In this document: positions 34,733-53,130 of the stretch, in pieces
Layout of the letters: every line of letters starts with the position of its first letter
Position numbering within the stretch: the stretch's first letter is position 1
Source of the DNA: Macrostomum lignano
Lineage: Eukaryota
Direction: 5' to 3'
DNA length: 64,000 nucleotides
Assembly: GCA_002269645.1 (NCBI GenBank)
Contig: NIVC01002210.1
Location: 124,001 to 188,000 of the forward strand
The notes under the pieces: model-generated
Databases searched by the model: none
Seen by the model: only the letters and a program-made list of their open reading frames with translations
Told to the model about the DNA's origin: nothing
Program-made: the position numbers and the translations under genes

Positions 34733-37426
34733 CTGAAATGAATAAAATTTTCAACTTTAAAAACACCTTTGCTAATTGCTCAAATTCAACTTGAAGTTAA
34801 ACCTGAAAAAAAACAAAATGACTAACAGACTAAAACATGAAAAGTACATTTGGGAAAATGAAAGTGGGAAAATGAAAATATTGTTGGAATTAAATTTAAG
34901 TTACATTTATATGAATTAAAGGAAGGAATTAAGTTAAATTTCAACAAAGGAATAGAGATTAGTGCCAAGTAAATTTCAGTTTATTTCAATTGGCCTAGCT
35001 AACTAGTCTTGTTAATACATATAAAGATTCTATTTACTTTGATATATTTATTTGGATAATTTTTTCAAATGTATATTTAACTTAAATTTGCTTTGTTGCA
35101 AACTATGATGGTTGCTAAAGCTAGTAAATCAATGCAAAGCATTAACTATTATACAAAATGAAATATATTAATAACTGCATCAATTTATATAGCTCCATGC
35201 CATAAGCAAATTCATTTTCTACATAGCTAAAGTCAGTAAATGTTGTTTCATCAATATCAATAACATATTCCTAAGGAAAACTTTAAAAAAAGATCATTAA
35301 TTTTCATTTTCATAAGTCATACTCATATAACTTTTTTAATTATAGGTAATAACGAATATTAATAAATGCTAAGAGACAATTTCTCTAGTATGATCATGGG
35401 CTACATACATGCACAACAGTCAGCCGAGTTGGCCGACCAATTTGGCGGCCAACCAAGGTTAAGTTGCAAAAATGCCCACCCCAAAGAATACAGGCATTTA
35501 GCCTTTATAAGACAGTCATAGTTACTCTTGCCGTTTACCCAAAATTGTGTTAATTTCGCTTTAGGGTTTCTTTCATAGGTAAGTTGCATTTTTGGCCAAA
35601 AAACTACGTCACATTTTTTGTTAAAACTAAGTCACATGGCTGACCAAATTTTGGAGGTTGTGCATGTATGATCGGGCTAGTTAATTCTTGAAGTTAAATG
35701 GCTTATATAAAGCATAAAACTTAATACTTATAAACCTAAAAACTAATGCCAGTGATCTTTATAAAATAAAACTTAATAAGCTTTAAAAGCAATAAGCAGA
35801 CTTAGGGCCAGGCTCTAGCAATCTCTCAGAAAGATAATGTTTCCTATTAATAAAAGAACTAAAAATTTTAGTTAGGCTTAACTAAAATGAATTGGGATAA
35901 TATAGAATATTGCCTTTTTAAAACAAGTATAAATCAATATTTATATTAATTCAATATATTTTAATGATCTAGTCAATATTTAAATATGTGGAATTATATA
36001 AGAATAGAGATTTTTCAATTGTGCTTTGTTGAATAATATAAATGTAGTAATTACTCATAAAAATTTCAATTTTAAAAATCTTATTCAATGACTTATTGTC
36101 ATTAAAGAAAGATATATTTCAATTTTTAAATCAATTAGTAAGTAATTGTTAATACTATTTGTAAAAATCTGGGCTTCCTACCACCTATGTTTTTGTGCTA
36201 TAAGTATTGATTATTATTATTATGTCTTTACTTTATTCTAGGCCTAGTTCTAGGCATAATAAACATTGTCATAATATAATGGCTCATTCTAGATAAGATG
36301 GACATATTTGGAAAATAGAAAAAAGTCAATATTTTTGCTTACCATTGCCTTATCAGCCAATTTTTTTGTGCCAAATGTTTTTAATGTATAATATATATAA
36401 TCTAAGAATAAATGAATAGTAAAATGTTGGATTAGTATGTTATAAATTGGCAAAAAGTCATTTTTGTAAAAATTTGGACATTTTTCTAACTAAGCAAAAA
36501 ACACCATTAACTTTGTGTACCTTTGTAAAAAATAGAAAGCTTTAAAAGGTTGAAACAAACTAGAAACTATAGCAGCCTAAAATTATACTACTTGCATAAT
36601 CAGATAAAAACACTAGGAACCATATAATTATACATTGGTACCTAAACATTTTTTGAATTGACAGAAAAAATATGTTACAACCATAATGTTACGACCATAA
36701 GGCTACTTTTTATTTTGTATCTTTGTTACCTTTATGAGTTTACATATTCTAATAAAAGAGTATGCTTTCTGAAGATGTTCTTAGTCAAATATTTAAAAAT
36801 GTATTGCAAAGTATTAAAAATGAAAAATGTTATAAGACTTTTACCTTTTAGTTTCTATATGTCAAAAATCCTGTTGTTACAACCATAAGTGCCATTCAAG
36901 GTATAATAGCATCTATACTAGTGATGATATCTATATGAAACTATATAAAAAGATTCTTGTCAAAATCAACTTTTACTGGAAATATTGGTTTAGTATTTGC
37001 TATTATTATATTTCAGTTGAGTTAATAAGTAAAAATAGCCTGTCATGTTACGACCATAAATATATGGAATGGGCCTTATAATTGTTTGACATGAATTATG
37101 CCTCAAAAACCCAGGTCACCACATCCTTAGATATGAAAGGCTATTTTTGAATAGAATAGAGAATCCATTTGAATGTTGAGTTTTTAGTGCCAGTGGGTGG
37201 GATTGTTTCAAAAGTCAAAACTATGTAATGAATGTCGAATGAATGGTCTAAATAAATTTAACATTCATTTTTCTGGGATGTACAATAGGAAGGAGGGCCA
37301 TGATGATTCCTGAAATGTGTATCTGATTTAATTTACTCTGGCAGAAAAAACAATTACGTAATACATATGAAAAATCAAATGTTGATACAAAGAATGACTT
37401 AAACAGCATATGCTACCGCTTTAACC

Positions 37427-37740
37427 GGGTGCTGACCAGTTCGGCGACAAACAAATTCACCACTCATTCACCACTCACATTTCTCAAGACGCGGGACGTC
37501 CAATTTAACAAAACAATTTTACTTTAACACGCTTATGCAGGCATTATTTCACATTTTTTTAACTTTCACGTGTATTGTAAGAAAGCCTTTTTACATGTAA
37601 TTTGCTTTAACTTGTCTTGCTAGCTATAAAAATACGTGTCGCCAAATTTGCCTAGATTGTTGCCGAATTCGCTTTCGCCGAATTAGTCCATTGTGAATCT
37701 CTGTCGCCGAATTTGTTTGTTGCCGAATTTGTGTGCATCC
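37427..37740. mobile_element. 314-bp MITE with 32-bp imperfect TIRs and CTTTAACC(G) TSD
   Basis: GGGTGCTGACCAGTTCGGCGACAAACAAATTC vs reverse complement GGATGCACACAAATTCGGCAACAAACAAATTC (26/32). CTTTAACC at 37419-37426 and 37741-37748. Confidence 0.8.
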
Positions 37741-37752
37741 CTTTAACCGTAA

Positions 37753-38969
37753 GGGTCTATGAAATTTGCTTGCGAGAAGTTTGCTTGCCGAAGTTTGCTT
37801 GCGGGACTTTTGCTTGCGGAAATTTGCTTGCCGAAGTCTGCTTGCCGAATTTTGCTTGTGGAATTTTGCTTGCCGAAGTCTGCTTGCCAAACTTTGCTTG
37901 CGGAATTTTGCTTGCCGAAGTCTGCTTGCCAAACTTTGCTTGCGGAATTTTGCCTGCCGAAGTTTGCTTGCCGAGCTTTGCTTGCCGAACTTTGCTTGCC
38001 AAATTTTGCTTGCAGGAAATTCGCTTGCTGCACATAAGCTTGCTGAAGTTTGCTTGCAGGAAATTTGCTTGCCGAACTTTGCTTGCAGGAAATTTTCTTG
38101 CGAGGTTTGCCAGCCAAAGTTATGCGGAACCTTAAAGAAACCTATTTTTGAGCTCTTGTATTTCTAATTTTCATTTTCTAAGATTCGTGGAAGTCGCCTA
38201 TAGGCTATAGTGTTATGATTTTGTATGAGGATATGGCGGATTATTAACTACATTTTATATACTAAAATTTTTAGTATATGCATTATTATAGATTAGCATC
38301 ACTGCAATTATCATACCTGCTCAATCGTGCTGAAATCAGGAACTACAAAGATTTATTCTGTTACTGATCCCTATCTACCGATACTAAATCTCTAAGCATT
38401 CTATATACTACATTCTTAGAATGAAACTCTATAAGCCTATTTTGAAAGCTTAGTGTCAAGTCAGTTTACGTCGACACTGATAAGAATCCACTTGCAAAGC
38501 ATCTGTAGTAAGTAATAATTGACTGACCAACTTTACAAGCAATCAAAACAAGCAAGCAAACAAGAAAATAATTCTGCAAGTTAAAACCTTGCGATTGTGT
38601 GATTGCAAATTTCTAGAAAGCAGACATCAAAATTTCGCAAGCAAAGCTCGGCAAGCAAACTTCGGCAGGCAAAGTTCCTGCAAGCAAATTTCCTGCAAGC
38701 AAGGTTCGGCAAGCAAAGTTCGGCAAGCAAAATTCCGCAAGCAAAGCTCGGCAAGCAAAGTTCGGCAAGCAAAGTTCGGCAGGCAAAATTCCGCAAGCAA
38801 ACTTCGGCAAGCAAACTTCGGCAAGCAAAGTTCGACAAGCAAAGTTCGGCAAGCAAAGTTCGGCAAGCAAAATTCCGCAAGCAAAGCTCGGCAAGCAAAG
38901 TTCGGCAAGCAAAATTCCTGCAAGCAAAGTTCGGCAAGCAAACTTCCCGCAAGCAAACGTCGTACTCCC
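37753..38969. mobile_element. 1.2-kb foldback-like non-autonomous TIR element with tandem-repeat arms, 8-bp TSD AACCGTAA
   Basis: Arms 37753-~38130 and ~38610-38969 are reverse-complementary arrays of a ~15-bp unit (TTTGCTTGCCGAAG). Both ends begin GGG. AACCGTAA at 37745-37752 and 38970-38977. Confidence 0.85.
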
Positions 38970-40328
38970 AACCGTAATGAATTACATTTCTTAGAACTTG
39001 TCAACACAATTTTAGTTCAAAAAATCAACACTTATAAACAAAGTATATTTTCAAAAGTTAGACTTTCGGACTTGGAACAAAAACAATAGTATCTTTTACG
39101 TAATAAGTCTATTTTTTACTGTATTAGTGGCAGTTATGCTTTGTAAAAAATGTACTTTTACCGTCTCTATTATGACATTTGCACGATTCAAGTTTGTTTT
39201 AAGGTCTTTTTAATTGTTAAGCCTTAGCCACTACTCAACACAACACAACACAACACAACACCACAACACGTTTTATAAATGGAACTACATTTAAGCACCT
39301 TGATAGTTTTCCTTTTCGTATTGGTCTATATTAAATTTGCATTTTGGTTCTCGACATCCGTCAACAGTGGTGTGCTTAAAATTGAAACTATCATAAAATG
39401 CGTTTTAGCTTTTCCTAGCTAAATGCGTTTGCACTCCAATAGACTTCGATTATTGTAGTTGTGTCTATTGTAAAATTATTAGGCATTTTTTAATATGGTA
39501 CTTTTTTAGCTAGCCTTCGCCTTCGTGTGTACATCTGAAGGCACAGCTAACACAGAATTTCCAGAAGGCACATATAGGCCCAAGCAAATAGTAAAGCAAA
39601 AATCAGAGAAATTTTCCCACTAGAGAAAATTTTCGACTCGTAGCTGATGGCTAATTGGGGTTTCCATGGGAGCTGACCGGCTGACTAGGTTCATTGGGTC
39701 CAACTCAGGCTTCCTGTCGTGAGCTCTGGTGCAAACTGAACTGGACACGATTCTGTTGAAGCTTGAACTGCCACCAGAATAATTTTTTTCTAATTGGTAG
39801 TCAAAGCATTCAGTTTTTTCGTTTTTTTATCCTAAAGTATTTTTAATGAGCTTTAATACTATATTTTCAATAATATATTATCAGTTTAAATAGCTGTTCT
39901 ATATTCTAACTTCAAATTTATTTTAATACGAAGAAGCAATATATACCTATTTGTAACTTCGATTATAAATTTTTATATTGCATCGATAGCCAGAAAGGTT
40001 TGCTAAAAATACTCACCTTGATTACACATTTTAACAGCTGTTTGATTGAGGATTGTTCAGCGATTTAGATGGTATAATTGAAATATTTGTTTCAATTGCA
40101 GGCAATTTTTAGATGTAGCCACATGTAATGATAAGCGCTATGAACACAAAGGAACAATATCTGTTTTCTACTTATTCTAGATTTACTGCTTAAGGAGTTA
40201 TCTGCAATCACCATATTAATTGAATTGCATGTATGCTCTTCACAGAGCTACAACCAGAGAGCGCCATTCACTGAGAGGTTAAAAATTTAAAGAGGTTAAA
40301 AACTTTCAAATAAAGTTTATTAGTCAGC

Positions 40329-42780
40329 ATGGCAGCACAGGCTGAGGTGGTGAACCTGTCAAAACTTGTGGACATGGCGGTCGGCTCGCCAGAGCAGGGA
40401 GCTGTGAACTTCAACCTGCTGCACGGCCTTTTGCACGCCATCGTGGAGAAGCTGAACGATCCCAGCGTCAGCACCGACCGACTAATGAGACCGCAATCGG
40501 AGGCTGCTGGTCAGCCGGCGCAAGTCGGCGGTCAGAAGTCGGCTAAAAGCCGGCGCGATCTCGACGGCACCGAGTCGGTTGTGACCACCGACAGCGGCCT
40601 ACCTCGCGACGGCACCTTCGGCAGTGGCGGTGCAGGTAAATCAGCTTATATACCACATGTTTTGTCTTTACAAGTATGTCGCAACTTTTCCTGAGCAAGC
40701 AGCTCAAAATACCGTTTCTGAAGCTCAACGTTTGTTTGAAGCTCCATGATTGCGGAATTTCAAAGTTTTTCAAAATCAACCCTTTCTAGCTCGTGTTTCT
40801 CAAACCTAAACTAAAGCAAAATCGATTCCACGAACTCCCTCGATCTCAACGTTGATCTCATTCTCAGGCGGAGGCCTGAACTCAGAGCAGCTGCTCGACC
40901 GTCTGTCCAACGTGGAGACGCAGCTGGACGCTTTGAACAGCCTGCCGAGCGGCAAGGACGTCTTTGACCAGGTGTTCGGCAGCAAAGGCAAGTCGGATGG
41001 CCGAGCCACCGCGGACATGTTTCAGATGGTGCAGATGAGGCGCCGCACGGACGCTAATGAAGAGGGCGTTGCCAGGCTCTCGTCGCTGGTTGACGAGTTG
41101 ATGAAGGAGATGGGCCGTCTGCGCAAAGAAAACGAGAACCTGCGCTCGGAGATGAAGGACCTGTCCTCGATGAAGTCGGTGTGGGAGCGGCTGGCTCAGC
41201 TTGAGTCGCAGCTCAGCGAACTCCGCGACAGCATGCAGAATCTGCCGACAAAGGAGATGTTCAAGGACTTCGTCACCTGGGAGTCGCTGGAGAAGGCGCT
41301 GCGCGGCATCCGTGAGGACATGGCTCGGATGGCCAACCCGCCAGAGCGAGTTGTTGTCAACATGTCCACCGACCCGATGTCGCGGCCTCAGAGCCCCGGG
41401 CCGAGCGAGGCGCTGCGCGAGATGCTCGAGAGCCTCGGCAAGCTCACCAATCGGCACGAGAGTCTGGAGGTTCGCGTCGACAAGCTCGAGCACGAGATGC
41501 CAAACAAGGCTGACAAGAAGGATCTGGAGAACCTGAAACTGCCCGACGACTTGCTCAAACAGCTGAACGATCTTCGCTCCTTGGTTGACAACATGCGCCA
41601 GAGCCGCGACCGCGACGTGGAGGCCCTCAACCGGATCCGAAAGGCGCTCAGCGACCAGCAGAAGGAGCTCGAGAGAATCAACACCGTCTTAGAGGCCCTG
41701 GCGCAGGGCGGCAAAGATGTCGGAGAGAAGCTGCAAGAGCTGTTCCGAATCACTGCTCACCTGGACGAAGTGAAAGCCGACAAGGACTACCTTGACCAGC
41801 AGTTGGAGTCCAAGGCGGACAAAATCCAGCTGGACACCAAGGTCAACTTCAGCCTGTTCGACGAGACAACTGGAAACTTGAACTCACAGATTGACGAACT
41901 GCTGCAGAAGCTGATGGCAACCGAGGACGATCTTCGCCGACTGTTGAAGCTGCTCGGCGCCGATCTGGACGGCAAACTCGACCGGTTGGAGATGGACGCG
42001 CTGAAGGACTGGCTGGAGAAGCGGCTGAAAGCCCTCGCCGCCAAGATCAAGAGCGGCGGCGGCGCCGGGGTCGCCGACATCAACGAGGACGACGCGGCCG
42101 GGCTCAGGCGGCAGCTGCTGCAGCATTTCCACTGCATCTCCTGCGACCGGCCGCTGGAGATGGGCGCCCACCCGCCAGCGCCGTCGCTGCCGGAGAAGCC
42201 AGCACTCAGCGTCACGAAGTCGATGCGGCCGTACACCACCTTCGAGCTGGACTCCATCAGGCAGCACGCCAAGAGCGTTAACGCTGGAGAGATGCTGGAT
42301 GCCTACTACACTCCGCGGGCTGCGGGTGGGTCTCATACCCTCACTTATCCCAGCAAGAGGGTCACCCGCACGGCCGCAGTGCCGGAGGAGGACTACCACA
42401 GCCCGACTAGAGGCGCAGCGGCGGCCGCAGCGCCTCCGAACCGCGAGGAGACGGAAATCCAGGGCATGGACGGCCACATCTACAAGGGACGGATCGATCG
42501 ATTCTTCACTGAGGTTCGAGCCTCCGACGAGCCGCCGACAAAGCTGCCGCCAGTGTCCGGGGCGAAGAGCTCCGCCAGCCGTGGCAGCGGCACCAGCGGC
42601 GACGCCAGCGGTCAGAGACCGTCGACTAGCGGGCAGCAGCAGCAGCAGCGGCCGCACTCGAGCCGCGCCAGGCCGGTTTCAGCCCGCAGCGGCTCAGAAC
42701 AGCGCGGAGGCGGTGGCGATCCGCTGGGCCCCGCTCCGACGCCGAGCGTTGTTGACGTACCCGGAGGTGACGTCGAGTAG
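40329..42780 (+). CDS. QRICH2: QRICH2/C16orf96-like coiled-coil protein (DUF4795); exons 40329-40635, 40868-42780
   Basis: N-terminal LVDMAVGSPEQGAVNFNLLHGLLHAI, long coiled coil, and DDAAGLRRQLLQHFHCISCDRPL motif. Phase-1 intron. No Gln-rich repeat region, so the symbol means -like. Confidence 0.75.
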
Positions 42781-43619
42781 ACTATCTAGATAGGGGAGGT
42801 AAGCCAGTTGTTTCTAAATGCGTAGAGCTCAGTGTAAATAAATCTGGCGACAGGATTAAAAGGACAATTAATTCAAGCTCACTGAGCACAGTGGCCATCT
42901 TAAAATTATTTATCAACGCCTCATAAACATTTTTTTAGAATTCTTCGCGCCAAATATGAGCAACATTTAACTATTGAATTTTCTGATAAACTAAACTTTT
43001 ATTGATTATGTGTGCTTCCTCTATTCTGTCTGTCAACGATTATAACAAACTAAATTTTCATTTTTTTCAAATGATAATTAATGGTGCTTTCAGGCAGTGA
43101 GATTGTGTCGTTATTTGGACCAAAAATATTCTATCGAATTAGAGTAATGTTTAGCCTATTGATTTATAATATTATTTACTGACTGGCTGCTCAACTATCA
43201 AGTTTTATTGTGTACTTTTATGGCACCTCTGCTAATTGCTACACTGATTTGAAATTCTGATATTTTTCTCTTTCCTGAAGTGATATTTAATCGAATATTT
43301 TTTAGAACTTTTTTGTTATAACAAATCGAAAGTCTTCCAAGCCCTAGAAGTTTTGTGTTTTAACTCTATCAACTATGGGCTCGCCAAAGTGAACAAAAAA
43401 CTGTATGTAAAATGTACTTTTATTTGAAATCTATGTTTAGACTGTTATAAAGCAACAAAAAGTTTTCTTTATTTATTAGTTTTTGCTTCCAAATTCAACT
43501 GCTATTTTTTTCTTTGATCGAATTTGCTGTTTTCAATTTGCTCGCTTACTGTAGAAATGTCTTTATATTTAAATTTTGCTCTCTAACTTGTACATGTACA
43601 TTGTACACACTAATTGACT

Positions 43620-44500
43620 ACGAAGCTACCTGTTACTCGCAGCCTCAATCAAACGATGAAGCTACCTGTTATTCCCAGCCTCCATTAGGCGATGGAGCTA
43701 CCTGTTGTTCCCAGCCTCCATTAGAAGATGAAGCTACCTGTTGTTCCCAGCCTCCATTAGACGATGAAGCTACCTGTTGTTCCCAGCCTCCATTAGGCGA
43801 TGGAGCTACCTGTTACTCCCTACTTGAATCAAGCGATGAAGCTACCTGTTATTCCCAGCCTCCATTAGACGATGAAGCTACCTGTTGTTCCCAGCCTCCA
43901 TTAGACGATGAAGCTACCTGTTGTTCGCGGCCTCCATTAGGCGATGGAGCTACCTGTTGTTCCCGGCCTCCATTAGGCGATGGAGCTACCTGTTGTTCCC
44001 AACCTCCATTAGGTGATAAAGCTACCTGTTACTCCCTACTTGAATCAAGCGATGAAGCTACCTGTTATTCCCAGCCTCCATTAGACGATGAAGCTACCTG
44101 TTGTTCCCAGCCTCCATTAGGCGATGGAGCTACCTGTTGTTCCCAGCCTCCATTAGACGATGAAGCTACCTGTTGTTCCCAGCCTCCATTAGGCGATGGA
44201 GCTACCTGTTGTTCCCAACCTCCATTAGGTGATAAAGCTACCTGTTACTCCCTACTTGAATCAAGCGATGAAGCTACCTGTTATTCCCAGCCTCCATTAG
44301 GCGATGGAGCTATCTGTTGTTCCCAGCCTCCATTAGACGATGAAGCTGCCTGTTGTTCCCAGCCTCCATTAGACGATGAAGCTACCTGTTGTTCCCAGCC
44401 TCCATTAGGCGATGGAGCTACCTGTTACTCCCTACTTGAATCAAGCGATGAAGCTACCTGTTACTCCCAGCATCCAATAGACGATGAAGCTACCTGTTGC
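43620..44500. repeat. 36-bp minisatellite with higher-order variant periodicity
   Basis: GATGAAGCTACCTGTTGTTCCCAGCCTCCATTAGAC; a variant unit (CTACTTGAATCAAGC) recurs every ~5-6 units. Confidence 0.95.
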
Positions 44501-44944
44501 TCTCAAACTCGATCTTTTATTTCCTGTTTAATCAATGTCACAGTCACGTCACGTTTTGTGGTGTTATATAAGAATCTGCTGTTATTCCTCACTCAAAAAA
44601 CACTTTAAGAAAGGCAGTTTTTCACATTCGGTTATTTTTCGTATAGAAGTGCCCATCCGCCTTACCAATCCGTCCAATAGTATGCAATTCTGTTACTTCA
44701 GTAATATTGGAGCTGCATAGCATTGGCCATCTGTGTGCTCTCCGACTATCAACAAGTTTTTTTTTGCTTCAGCCAGAATTGGAATTATTTATTTTCTTAG
44801 AATATATTAATAGCAAAGCTAGAAAGCTTTTTCGATTTTAATCTATTTTTATGATTGGCTAATTAAATGGAATGCATTCTAAGAAATAAACATTATTTTC
44901 TGTCAAATAAAGTGTTTTATTTGTTTCTTCATTTCTCATTTGGG

Positions 44945-45265
44945 GTTGGAGCAGGCTGGGTGTTGGGGCAGGCTAGGGGTTGGGGTAGGCTAGGGTGTTG
45001 GGGCAGGCTGGGGGTTGGGGCAGGCTAGGGTGTTGGGGCAGGCTGGGGGTTGGGGCAGGCTAGGGTGTTGGGGCAGGCTGGGGGGTTGGGGCAGGCTAGG
45101 GGTTGGGGTAGGCGAGGGGGTTGGGGCAGGCTAGGGGGTTGGGGTAGGCGAGGGGGTTGGGGTAGGCGAGGGGGTTGAGGCAGGCGAGGGGGTTGGGGCA
45201 GGCTAGGGGGTTGGGGCAGGCTAGGGGGTTGGGGCAGGCTAGGGGGTTGGGGCAGGCTAAGGGGT
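44945..45265. repeat. 18-bp G-rich minisatellite GGGGCAGGCTAGGGGGTT, G-quadruplex-prone
   Basis: Ends ~100 bp upstream of the ANKRD42 ATG. Confidence 0.9.
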
Positions 45266-45368
45266 TGGGGCAGGCACGTGTTAGATTAAGGTATTGGCTA
45301 GGGTGTTTACGATGCAAGGCCTGACCGCAGATGCTATAGGAGCTCCATTCGAATTCTCAATTTATTGC

Positions 45369-52414
<7,046 letters not shown>

Positions 52415-53130
52415 TTCTTTATTTTTGTTATAATTTACTGATTGAAATTATCTAAGCCGGAAAATTGGCGCACCCTTCACAAGCAAGGTTTTGCGTATTA
52501 AAAAAACTTTAAATGCTGATATTCGCTGCATTTTTATACCTGTCTGCAGTGTTCTTTTCTAATATGAAGCTAGATATTTCTGCGTATGTCGTATATATTG
52601 ATTTTAACTTTTTATTAGCCTTGTAGCGAATTATTAAACTTGCTTTAATTGTTGCTGTCTGAACAGTACAACTGACTTTTTGTTTGAGTACGTCTCGATT
52701 TCAAAATAAAGTTTATAAAAACTTCACTAGGCTACTCGTGTCAAGAAATATATTATGAATATTATTTCACCTGACGTTACTAATCTTACATAATCTTGAA
52801 AAAATCACATTTGCAGGCCAATGACTATCTTCGTTATGAATATTACTCTATACGCGCTCTTACTCTATTATTACTCTATTATGTGCTCTATACCTTAATT
52901 TGTTTTACTTGTAGAGTTACCTTCAACTGTTTAGTGTACTAGAATGTGCTTATCTGATGCATGACTCGAATTCAAATTCAAAAGTGCAAACGTGTAATGT
53001 ATACGTATAAGTAGTTGGGCATCAAAGTAAATGCAGATGAATGTCTGATGAATTTTCTCTTCCATTTTTCAGATTCGCGCAAGATTCTGCAAGGCCCTGT
53101 CTATCAATAAATGTAGGCATAAGCGTAAAA

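Noticed and set aside
37624-39089. Lys/Gln- and Cys/Leu-rich ORFs in all frames
   Set aside because: Translation of the foldback element's repeat arms; no transposase motifs.
40882-42793. Antisense and alternative-frame ORFs over the QRICH2-like exon
   Set aside because: Shadow ORFs of GC-rich coding DNA.
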